A DNA stretch of 64,000 nucleotides from Halarcobacter sp. (GTDB taxonomy: Bacteria; Campylobacterota; Campylobacteria; Campylobacterales; Arcobacteraceae). Under the pieces are notes generated by a model. The model was not told the origin of the DNA. It did no database searches and was given only the letters and a program-made list of their open reading frames with translations. The translations under genes and the position numbers were made by a program. The stretch is taken from contig CP182352.1 in NCBI GenBank assembly GCA_048571215.1, positions 3,550,514 to 3,614,513 on the forward strand, written 5' to 3'. Below, in pieces: positions 10,237 through 18,757 of the stretch; the first letter of the stretch is position 1, and the number at the start of each line of letters is the position of its first letter.

Positions 10237-10992
10237 ATGATTAATATAATAACAAACCCTTTTTTAAAAAAAAGATATTTTTCCGACTTTTCAAATGAAT
10301 ATATTATAAAAAGTAATACTAGTTTGAGTGGAGCAATTTTATTAATGTTTAGTCTAACAGTAGTTTCATTTGTATTCTTTTGGATATTTTCAAATGAACT
10401 ACTTATAAACAGTACTCCTATAGCTATAGAAAATGTAAAGAATTTTTCTTTTGTAAGTGGAGTGATCTCTTTTATTATAGCTTTTTTTGCATATTATAAG
10501 CCAGGATTATCTCCAATCTTAGCACCCTTATATGCAGTTTTTTCGGGTATTTTTATCTCAGGTCTGAGTTTTGCTGCAGAACAAAAGTTTCCAGGTATTG
10601 CAATGCTAACTGCTGAAGTTACTTTAACAACTTTTATTATTGTTTATATTGGATATAAGATTGGTATTATTAAAGTAACACAAAAATTTAAATCTATAGT
10701 TTATTCACTTATTGGGATTATATCATTTTTGTATTTATTGAGTTTCATCTTAATGCTTTTTAATACCACTATCCCTTTGATTCACGAAGCAGGTATAGGT
10801 GGAGTAATATGGACTTTTTTTATTATGGCTACAGCTTCATTTCATCTTGCAATAGATATAGATAAGGTAGAAAAATCTAATACTAACAAAGGGTATGAAA
10901 ACTGGAACTTAGCTTTAGGATTAATGGTATCTTTGATATGGCTTTATTTTTCAACTTTAAGATTTTTATCTCGAATTAAGAGTCTAAAATAG
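10237..10992 (+). CDS. Bax inhibitor-1/YccA family membrane protein
   Basis: About 7 hydrophobic segments; APLYA, FPGI, IKVTQKF and ALGLMVSLIWLY fit the bacterial BaxI_1 family. Confidence 0.8.
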   Translation: MINIITNPFLKKRYFSDFSNEYIIKSNTSLSGAILLMFSLTVVSFVFFWIFSNELLINSTPIAIENVKNFSFVSGVISFIIAFFAYYKPGLSPILAPLYAVFSGIFISGLSFAAEQKFPGIAMLTAEVTLTTFIIVYIGYKIGIIKVTQKFKSIVYSLIGIISFLYLLSFILMLFNTTIPLIHEAGIGGVIWTFFIMATASFHLAIDIDKVEKSNTNKGYENWNLALGLMVSLIWLYFSTLRFLSRIKSLK

Positions 10993-11069
10993 GGATTTGA
11001 AATGAAATATTTTAAGCTAATATAGGGAATTTTTTGGTATTATTATTGGCAAAAGAGGGATATTAAAAT

Positions 11070-12773
11070 ATGCAAATATTATTTTTGACAGATCAAAATA
11101 TTAATGAAAAATATTCTAAAGTTATTTTACAATATAACAAAGCACTTACTCAAAATATCTTATTAGTTAATTATTCTTCCCTATATGAAAAACAAAAGTT
11201 TATTTATGCAAAAGAGTGTATGGTATTAAATAAAGAGGAAGTGCTTACTGACGTACTTCTTTCCCCATCTATTGTTATTGATTTAAGTCAAACTTTAGAA
11301 TATACAATTTTAGAAAAATATTTAAAAACATGTTGGGTAAATGTACAACAAGCATTTTTCCAAAAAGATGAAGCAAAACAAAACTCCATTGGAAGCATAG
11401 AATCTTCTGCAAAAGTATCAAATTGTATTTGTTATACCAATAATAATGAAGCACCAATATTAAAAGTTATTGAAGATAGTATTAATTTATCTTCAGACAA
11501 TAAAATATTAAGCCCTTTTAACACAATTGGATTAATCGAACAAGCTATTACTGAATTTTTTGCAGATATAAATTATTTTAGTCAATTTGAGTGGCCTAGA
11601 AATAAGGATATTTCAAATCATCAAAGTACAGTATTCTTTGTACAATTTGAAGTTTTTGAAAGATTTGGTGATTTTATAGTAGAAAATATTCAATATCAAT
11701 CTTTAAATTATGAACAACTCATATCTTATAATAATCATTTTCTTTTTAAATATATTGATGATTTATTAGACTTTAGACTTGATAGGTATATCCAACAAGT
11801 AAAATTTAGAACACATATTATAAAGCTTTGTGAAAAATATAAAATAGATTTAGAACCTTCATATTATAAAACTTTTGTACTTACCAAAGATAATCATATT
11901 GGACTACAACGTAGATATTATGGATCACTTAATAGTAAAAGAGGTATAAATATTATAAATGATAAACATAAGACTAATACTTTTTTAAGAGAAAATGGTT
12001 TTAATGCTAACTTATCTTATGAATATACACTAAAGCAATTACTTGAAGAGGAAGTAATTGATAATTTGCCAATTGATTATCCCCTAACTTTAAAACCTAC
12101 GGATAAAAAAGAGGGTTATGGGGTTGTAACTAATATTCCCAATAAAAAGCGTATGAAAATCTCTATCAAAAAAATGTTAAACTTAGAGGATATCAATTCA
12201 GTTTTAATTGAAGAGTTTTTTGAGGGTGTAACCTATCGAGTATTAGTTGTTAGTGGTGAAGTTACGGCAGTACTTAAATATATCCCAGCATCTATTTTAG
12301 GAGATGGAGAGAGTAGTATTGAAGAGCTTATAAAAAATAAAAATCTTATTTCTAAGTCAAGAGTAAGGATAAATAATGCTCTTAGATTAAGTATTTTTAA
12401 TGATGAAAAAAGATGGGAAACTGTATTACCTGAAGGGAAGAAATATATTATAAGTCATAATTCCCATGCATCAAATGGGGGACAATCAATAAATGTTACT
12501 AATCTTTTTGATGAAAAGTATAAAAAAGTTTGTTCTCAAGCATGTAAAAGCTTAGGATTGAAAATGGCAGGTATCGATATGATAGTAAACTCAGCTGGAG
12601 ATTATAGAATTATTGAGATAAATTGTGGTCCTGCTTTGGCAACACATGTTAATCCTAAACATGGCTCTTCTATTAAAACATATACAAAAGTCTTATATTC
12701 ACTGTTAGAAGAGGTGGATATTGAAAAAGATGAAAATAGTTATCTAAAAGATTTAGTACCATATCATAAATAA
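11070..12773 (+). CDS. ATP-grasp amide ligase (cyanophycin synthetase/GshF-like) with uncharacterised N-terminal domain
   Basis: DKHKT, LKPTDKKEGYGVVTN, IEEFFEG, YRVLVV, GDGESSIEELI, SNGG, GIDM, EINCGP. Confidence 0.8.
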   Translation: MQILFLTDQNINEKYSKVILQYNKALTQNILLVNYSSLYEKQKFIYAKECMVLNKEEVLTDVLLSPSIVIDLSQTLEYTILEKYLKTCWVNVQQAFFQKDEAKQNSIGSIESSAKVSNCICYTNNNEAPILKVIEDSINLSSDNKILSPFNTIGLIEQAITEFFADINYFSQFEWPRNKDISNHQSTVFFVQFEVFERFGDFIVENIQYQSLNYEQLISYNNHFLFKYIDDLLDFRLDRYIQQVKFRTHIIKLCEKYKIDLEPSYYKTFVLTKDNHIGLQRRYYGSLNSKRGINIINDKHKTNTFLRENGFNANLSYEYTLKQLLEEEVIDNLPIDYPLTLKPTDKKEGYGVVTNIPNKKRMKISIKKMLNLEDINSVLIEEFFEGVTYRVLVVSGEVTAVLKYIPASILGDGESSIEELIKNKNLISKSRVRINNALRLSIFNDEKRWETVLPEGKKYIISHNSHASNGGQSINVTNLFDEKYKKVCSQACKSLGLKMAGIDMIVNSAGDYRIIEINCGPALATHVNPKHGSSIKTYTKVLYSLLEEVDIEKDENSYLKDLVPYHK

Positions 12774-12797
12774 GTAAGAAAGGATAAAATAAAAATT

Positions 12798-13748
12798 ATG
12801 AGTAAATTAAATATATTAAAAGAGTTTGATCATCGACAGTTATTCCGTTTCTTTGTAGATGGGCGTTTATATGTAAAAGAAAATGGTTGGGAAGGTTATG
12901 AAAGTAGACAACCTGGATGCATAAAAGGGATGAGCCTATCTTATGCCCATATGGTTAATAACTTTGAATTAAAAGATGGTTTAACTTTGGAATATATATC
13001 TAAATTACATGACCTTACATTTTATAATATTGAAAAAAAATTACGTAGAAATCGTTACCCTGGTGAGATTAGAGAGTTTAGAATTAGTTTTCTTGTTAAA
13101 CCTGTTATTACAAAGGGTGGTATAGCAGAGTTAATGGGAGATAGAACAGTTGTTGATGCTTTTAAAAAGGGTATAAGAGGGTGTAATACTGCAGAAGATA
13201 TATATAATGCTATTATGGCTGGGAAAAAAATCCGTTATATTTCAGAAGTTGGTTATTTAACACCAGAATTAAATCAAGCATCTTTGGATAGAGAGCCAAA
13301 AGATTTATATCTTAAAGCAAGAGCACAAGTTAAAAAGAATATTACAGAAAAAACATTACAACTTATTAATGAGTATAATGAAAAAATCAATACTTTAGAG
13401 GAAGAAGAGAAAATCTATTTTATTGTAGATGTAATTAAAAGATTAGAAAGATTACACCCTTTTGTTGATGGAAATATTCGTGTATTTGTTACTATTTTAC
13501 TAAACCATTTATTGATGTTAAATGATTTTTATCCAGCTATTTTTGAAGAACCAAGTGTTTTTGATGCTTATACAACAAAGGAGATAGTAGAAGAGGTTAA
13601 AAAGGGGCAAGAGTTAGTTAAACAATTGATTGATAATCCAGAGAGTAGAGTATTTGGACATTCAATAACTGATGAAAGTGAAGAAAACATTTCAACAATT
13701 TGTGAGTTGATGTCTGAATTTTCAGAAGCAATAAAAAATCATAATTAA
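12798..13748 (+). CDS. Stand-alone Fic protein, AnkX-like (putative CDP-aminoalcohol-dependent phosphotransferase)
   Basis: Fic motif HPFVDGNIRVF. N-terminal FVDGRLYVKENGWEGYESRQPGC and C-terminal LLNHLLM...PAIFEEPSVFDAY resemble my recollection of the AnkX catalytic region. Confidence 0.8.
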   Translation: MSKLNILKEFDHRQLFRFFVDGRLYVKENGWEGYESRQPGCIKGMSLSYAHMVNNFELKDGLTLEYISKLHDLTFYNIEKKLRRNRYPGEIREFRISFLVKPVITKGGIAELMGDRTVVDAFKKGIRGCNTAEDIYNAIMAGKKIRYISEVGYLTPELNQASLDREPKDLYLKARAQVKKNITEKTLQLINEYNEKINTLEEEEKIYFIVDVIKRLERLHPFVDGNIRVFVTILLNHLLMLNDFYPAIFEEPSVFDAYTTKEIVEEVKKGQELVKQLIDNPESRVFGHSITDESEENISTICELMSEFSEAIKNHN

Positions 13749-13754
13749 TCAAAC

Positions 13755-15434
13755 ATGCAAATTTTATTTTTAGTTGAAGATAAAGAAAATTTATGGGAAG
13801 AGTCTCGTATTAAATTAGAGCCCCTTTTAAAATATAATAAGTCTTTATCTCAAAATATTTTATTATCAGATTGTGCTTATATTTCTAATGGTTTTTCAAG
13901 TAAATGTTTAGTCGTAAATACAAACGAGATGAAAAAACTTGTAATGTTATCACCCTCTTTGATTGTAAATCTTTATAATAAAAAATCTCAATTGGATATT
14001 GAAGCATATTTTCGTGTCAAATGGCCTAGTGCACAAATAGTTTGTTGGAATAAAAAATATTTAGATAAAAGATATTTTGATAATTTTATAGATGAAAAAG
14101 ATATTATAGAATCTATAGCATATACAACAAATTTAGAAGCACCAAAATTTAAATTACTTAGTAAAACTGTTAAAGATGAAGATTTTATTGGTCTTATTGA
14201 GCAAGCAGTAACTGAGTATTTCTCAGATAGAAACTTTTACAAATCTTTTAAATTACTTCAAACAAGTAAGATTTTAAAAAACCGTAGTATTATCTTTAAA
14301 TTTCAATATAAAATTATAAAAGAAAATGCTGATTATACTATTAAAATCAATTCTGTATCTTTACTTAGTTTTTTTGATTTAGTTGAATTGGATATAAATT
14401 ATGTTTATGAGTATTTTGATGAGGTATTAGATTTTAGATATAAATATTATATAGAACAAGTTAAATTAAGACAATATATAGATGATTTATGTAAAAAGCA
14501 TAATATTAATCTTGAACCCTCAATTTTTAGAACTTTTGTTTTATCAAAAGATGATAAATTAGGATTACATAGACCATATTTTGGTGGAGTTAATGACTTA
14601 GAAGGTATAAAAACAATTAATGATAAACATTTAACGAATGTTATTTTAAAAGAGAAAGGGTTTAAAACAAATATCTCTTATGAATATTCATTAGATGAAC
14701 TCAATAATGAAAAAGTTATTGAAGAGATTCCTTTGGAGTATCCATTGGTTTTAAAACCAACAGATAAGAAAAAAGGATATGGTGTAGTAACAAATATTTT
14801 AAATCCAGAAAAAATGCTTTTTTCAGTTAAGGAACTAATGAAACTAGGAGATATAAAACCTGTTTTAATTGAAGAGTTTTTTGTTGGTATGACATATCGT
14901 GTTTTAGTAGTTGCAGAAGAGGTAATTGCTGTACTTAAATTTATGCCTACTTATATTGTAGGAAATGGAAAATTAACTATTAAAGAGTTGATACTATCAA
15001 AAAATATACTTTTAAGATCTCGTATTCGTATAAATGATGCCTTAGAGTTGAATCTTTTAAATGATGGGTATAATTATAGTACAATATTAGAAAATGGTCA
15101 TAAATATATTCTTAGTCATAACTCTCATGCTTCAATGGGTGGACAAGCTACTAATGTAACTGATATATTTAGTGATGAATTAAAACAAATATCATGTGAA
15201 GTTACTAAAAGTTTAGGTTTAACACATACAGGAATAGATATGAATGTAAATGCTCAAGGAGATTATCGTATATTAGAAGTTAATTGTGCTCCAGCATTAT
15301 CATCACATTTATATCCTAAATATGGAACATCAATTGATACTTATAGCAAAGTTTTAGAAGCTTTTTTTACTCATACTGACTTACAAAGAGTAGAAAATAA
15401 ATATCTTCCCGAAATGTTTAAATATCATAAGTAA
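13755..15434 (+). CDS. ATP-grasp amide ligase, paralog of 11070..12773
   Basis: LKPTDKKKGYGVVTN, IEEFF, YRVLVV, SHNSHASMGG, GIDM, EVNCAP. Same MQILFL start and YHK end as its paralog. Confidence 0.8.
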   Translation: MQILFLVEDKENLWEESRIKLEPLLKYNKSLSQNILLSDCAYISNGFSSKCLVVNTNEMKKLVMLSPSLIVNLYNKKSQLDIEAYFRVKWPSAQIVCWNKKYLDKRYFDNFIDEKDIIESIAYTTNLEAPKFKLLSKTVKDEDFIGLIEQAVTEYFSDRNFYKSFKLLQTSKILKNRSIIFKFQYKIIKENADYTIKINSVSLLSFFDLVELDINYVYEYFDEVLDFRYKYYIEQVKLRQYIDDLCKKHNINLEPSIFRTFVLSKDDKLGLHRPYFGGVNDLEGIKTINDKHLTNVILKEKGFKTNISYEYSLDELNNEKVIEEIPLEYPLVLKPTDKKKGYGVVTNILNPEKMLFSVKELMKLGDIKPVLIEEFFVGMTYRVLVVAEEVIAVLKFMPTYIVGNGKLTIKELILSKNILLRSRIRINDALELNLLNDGYNYSTILENGHKYILSHNSHASMGGQATNVTDIFSDELKQISCEVTKSLGLTHTGIDMNVNAQGDYRILEVNCAPALSSHLYPKYGTSIDTYSKVLEAFFTHTDLQRVENKYLPEMFKYHK

Positions 15435-15468
15435 GTAAATCAAGAAGATAAAAAAGGAGAACTGTAAT

Positions 15469-17274
15469 ATGCAAGCACTAATACTAGCAGCAGGTACAGG
15501 GAGTAGATTAGGTAAATATACAAAAGAAAATACTAAATGTATGTTAGAAGTTAATGGTGAAACTTTAATTAATCAAGCTCTAGCTAAATTAAATAATGTA
15601 GGTATAAAAAAACTAATAATGGTTGTTGGGTATAAAAAAGATAATCTAATTGAACATGTAGGAAATAGATATAAAAATATTGAAATTGAATATATAGAAA
15701 ATCCAATTTATAGTACTACAAACAATATTTATTCTTTGTATTTAGCTAAAGATAAGTTAGCGCAAGATGATACTATATTATTAGAAAGTGATTTACTTTT
15801 TGAAGAAAAAATTCTTTTGAATTTAATAAATGATAAAAGAAAGTCATTGGCAGTAGTGGATAAGTATCAGGCTTGGATGGATGGAACAGCTGTTACCTTG
15901 AGTGATAATGATGATATTTTAGGTTTTTATGGTAAAAAAGCATTTCAGTTTAAAAATGTTGATAAATATTATAAAACAGTAAATATTTATAAATTTTCAA
16001 AAGAGTTTTCTTTAGATGTATATATCCCTTTTTTAGAAGCATATTCAAAGGCAATGGGTGACAATGAATATTATGAATCTGTATTAAGAGTAGTTTTAAT
16101 GCTAGAAGACCAAGAGTTAAAAGCTTTAAAACTTAATGGTGAAAAATGGTATGAGATTGATGATGTACAAGATAAAGCAAATGCAGAAGTAATATTCTCT
16201 AAAAATGCAAAAGATAAATTAAAATTGATTCAAAGTAGATATGGGGGTTATTGGAAGTTTCCAGAGTTAAAAGATTTTTGTTATTTAGTTAATCCATATT
16301 TTCCAACTTTTAAAATGCAAGAGGAGATGAAAGCATATTTTTATGAACTTCTTTCTCAATATCCATCAGGGCAATCAACACTAAGACTTCTTGCTGGGAA
16401 AATGTTTAAAGTAGAGGCTGAAAATATTTTAGTTGGAAATGGAGCATCAGAGATAATAAGAGGCTTAGGAAATGCAATTGAGGGAACTTTTGGTTTAGCT
16501 TTTCCAACATTTAATGAATATCCTGAAAGTCTAGGTTATAATAGAATAGTTAAATTTATGCCAAAAAATGACCAATTTTCTTATGATATAAATGATATGA
16601 TGAATCTAGCTAATAATTGTGACAATCTATTATTAATCAATCCTGACAATCCAAGTGGTAATTTTATATCAAAAGATTTTTTATTAGAGCTTGTAGAAAA
16701 ACTTCAAAAAATAAATAAGAATTTAATTTTAGATGAGTCTTTTGTTGATTTTTCAACACAAGGTGAAAAAGAGACTATGATTACACAAAAAATAATAGAT
16801 AGATATCCTAATTTAATAGTTATAAAAAGTATATCAAAAAGTTATGGAGTTCCAGGTATAAGACTTGGAGTTGTAGCAACATCAAATATGAAAATTATGT
16901 CAGCACTAGAAAAAGAAGTAACTATATGGAACATTAATTCTTATGGTGAATTTTTCTTACAAATTATTGGAAAATATAAAAAAGATTATAATGCAAGTTG
17001 TGAAGAGATTTCCATGGAAAGAGATAGATTTTATATTAAACTTCAAGAAATCTCCTATCTAAAAGTTGTCTCTTCTCAGGCGAATTATTTTTTACTACAT
17101 GTAAGTGATAAATTTACAGCAACTGAACTCACTGAGTTATTATTATATAAATATGAAATTTATATAAAAGACTTGACAGGAAAAATTGGTTTTGAAGATA
17201 AACAATGTATACGAATAGCTGTAAGAAGTTATGAAGATAATGAGTTTTTAATTGATAGATTAAAAGAGTTATAA
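15469..17274 (+). CDS. LicC-like cytidylyltransferase fused to a class I/II PLP-dependent (CobD/HisC-like) enzyme
   Basis: N-terminal ALILAAGTGSRL...K, ENPIYSTTNNIYSLYLA and WYEIDD. C-terminal GNGASE, NPDNPSG, DESFVDF, KSISKSYGVPGIRLG and IRIAVR. Confidence 0.85.
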   Translation: MQALILAAGTGSRLGKYTKENTKCMLEVNGETLINQALAKLNNVGIKKLIMVVGYKKDNLIEHVGNRYKNIEIEYIENPIYSTTNNIYSLYLAKDKLAQDDTILLESDLLFEEKILLNLINDKRKSLAVVDKYQAWMDGTAVTLSDNDDILGFYGKKAFQFKNVDKYYKTVNIYKFSKEFSLDVYIPFLEAYSKAMGDNEYYESVLRVVLMLEDQELKALKLNGEKWYEIDDVQDKANAEVIFSKNAKDKLKLIQSRYGGYWKFPELKDFCYLVNPYFPTFKMQEEMKAYFYELLSQYPSGQSTLRLLAGKMFKVEAENILVGNGASEIIRGLGNAIEGTFGLAFPTFNEYPESLGYNRIVKFMPKNDQFSYDINDMMNLANNCDNLLLINPDNPSGNFISKDFLLELVEKLQKINKNLILDESFVDFSTQGEKETMITQKIIDRYPNLIVIKSISKSYGVPGIRLGVVATSNMKIMSALEKEVTIWNINSYGEFFLQIIGKYKKDYNASCEEISMERDRFYIKLQEISYLKVVSSQANYFLLHVSDKFTATELTELLLYKYEIYIKDLTGKIGFEDKQCIRIAVRSYEDNEFLIDRLKEL

Positions 17275-17305
17275 AAATTATTAAAATTTTGCTAAAGGTT
17301 AATCA

Positions 17306-18757
17306 ATGGACGATAGAGTGATGTTATTAAACTCAGATGATATAGCACAAATCACTGGTGGGGAATGGTTTAATTTAAATGAAACAATAAAGTTTCATGG
17401 AATTAGAGTGAATATTAAACGTTTAGAAAAAAATGATATATGCTTTTGTACAAATCCTGAACAATGGGGTAAAAAGATTGTTAACTCAGAAAAATCGCTT
17501 CAGAAGATTTTTGAAAGAGGAGCTAGTGCAGCTGTAATTGTAAATAAAGAACTTGTAAATAGTATAAAAAAACCATTATTATTAGTTGAAAATAGTAAAA
17601 AAGCTTTAGAAGATATAGCTTTTTATGTTAGAGATAATATTAATATTCCTAGAGTTTTAGTTACTGGTACAGAAGGTAAAACAGGTTTTAAAAATCAAAT
17701 TTATTCACTATTGTCAAGACAGATTAATGTACATGCCAAACTCGATAGTTCAAATTTAAATGTACCTATAATGTGCTCTTTGGCAAGTTTATCGGAGAAT
17801 GATAAAGTAGAAATTTTAGAAGCATCTGTTGCAGGTCCAAATGTTGGTGTGACTAGAAGCAATATAGTAAAACCAGATATATGTGTAATAACACAAGTTG
17901 GTATTGCCCATATTACTACTCATGGTTCAGTTGATAATATGATTGAAAATAAAGCATCAATAATAGATGCCCTTAAGAAAGATGGTATTTGTATTGTAAA
18001 TGCAGATAGTGATAATTATGATAAATTAAGAGAAGCTATATATAGAAGAAAATATGTTGATATCAAAACCTTTGGAAGTAGTTCTAAATGTAATGCTAGG
18101 ATAATTGAATCTTCATTTGATAAAAAAGAACTTTTATGGAATGTAAAAGCTAATATAGAGGGGATAGAACTAGAGTATAAAGTTCCTTTATTGGGTGATT
18201 ATGTTCCTGTTGCTAGTTTAATACCTTTACTTACGATTCATTATTTAGGCTATGATGTAAAAAAAGCTGCAGCTGATTTTATATATTTTAAAAGTATGGA
18301 TACTATGGGTGGATTGAGTGAAATTGTTTGTAAAGATAAAACATTTAGATTTTTTGATCATTCTCATAGGGGTTCACTTTTAGGTTATAGCTCTGCTTTA
18401 AAAGATTTTGCTTATATGCATCCTAAAAAAAATGGTAAAAAGATTGCAGTTATTGGAAATATGATGAATATAGGAAAAATATCAAAAAAAGCTCATGCTG
18501 ATTTAGTACCTTTAATAGAAGAAGCAAAAGTTGAAAGATTATATACCGTAGGTAAATTTGCAAAACCAATACATGAAAAACTTAAAGATAAATCAATTTT
18601 AATAAATCATGCAGATAAATATCAAGATATAGAAAAACAAATTTTAGCAGATATAGATGATGGCGATGTAATTTTTATGAAAGGTAATCATAGAATTTGG
18701 TTAAAAGAACTTGCTGCAAAGATATATGATATGGGAGAACGACATGCGATCAGATGA
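17306..18757 (+). CDS. MurF-like Mur ligase family protein
   Basis: VTGTEGKTG, PDICVITQVGIAH, IAVIGNMMNIG (cf. MurF VLGDMLELG), DVIFMKG. Confidence 0.8.
   Translation: MDDRVMLLNSDDIAQITGGEWFNLNETIKFHGIRVNIKRLEKNDICFCTNPEQWGKKIVNSEKSLQKIFERGASAAVIVNKELVNSIKKPLLLVENSKKALEDIAFYVRDNINIPRVLVTGTEGKTGFKNQIYSLLSRQINVHAKLDSSNLNVPIMCSLASLSENDKVEILEASVAGPNVGVTRSNIVKPDICVITQVGIAHITTHGSVDNMIENKASIIDALKKDGICIVNADSDNYDKLREAIYRRKYVDIKTFGSSSKCNARIIESSFDKKELLWNVKANIEGIELEYKVPLLGDYVPVASLIPLLTIHYLGYDVKKAAADFIYFKSMDTMGGLSEIVCKDKTFRFFDHSHRGSLLGYSSALKDFAYMHPKKNGKKIAVIGNMMNIGKISKKAHADLVPLIEEAKVERLYTVGKFAKPIHEKLKDKSILINHADKYQDIEKQILADIDDGDVIFMKGNHRIWLKELAAKIYDMGERHAIR

Noticed and set aside
12798..13748. Fic/Doc toxin-antitoxin toxin
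   Set aside because: No small antitoxin gene adjacent, the motif lacks the AMPylator second Arg, and the gene is embedded in a biosynthetic run.
11070..15434. Glutathione synthetase GshF or full cyanophycin synthetase CphA1
   Set aside because: Only the ATP-grasp core matches; the glutamate-cysteine ligase and fused Mur domains are missing and no cyanophycinase is nearby.
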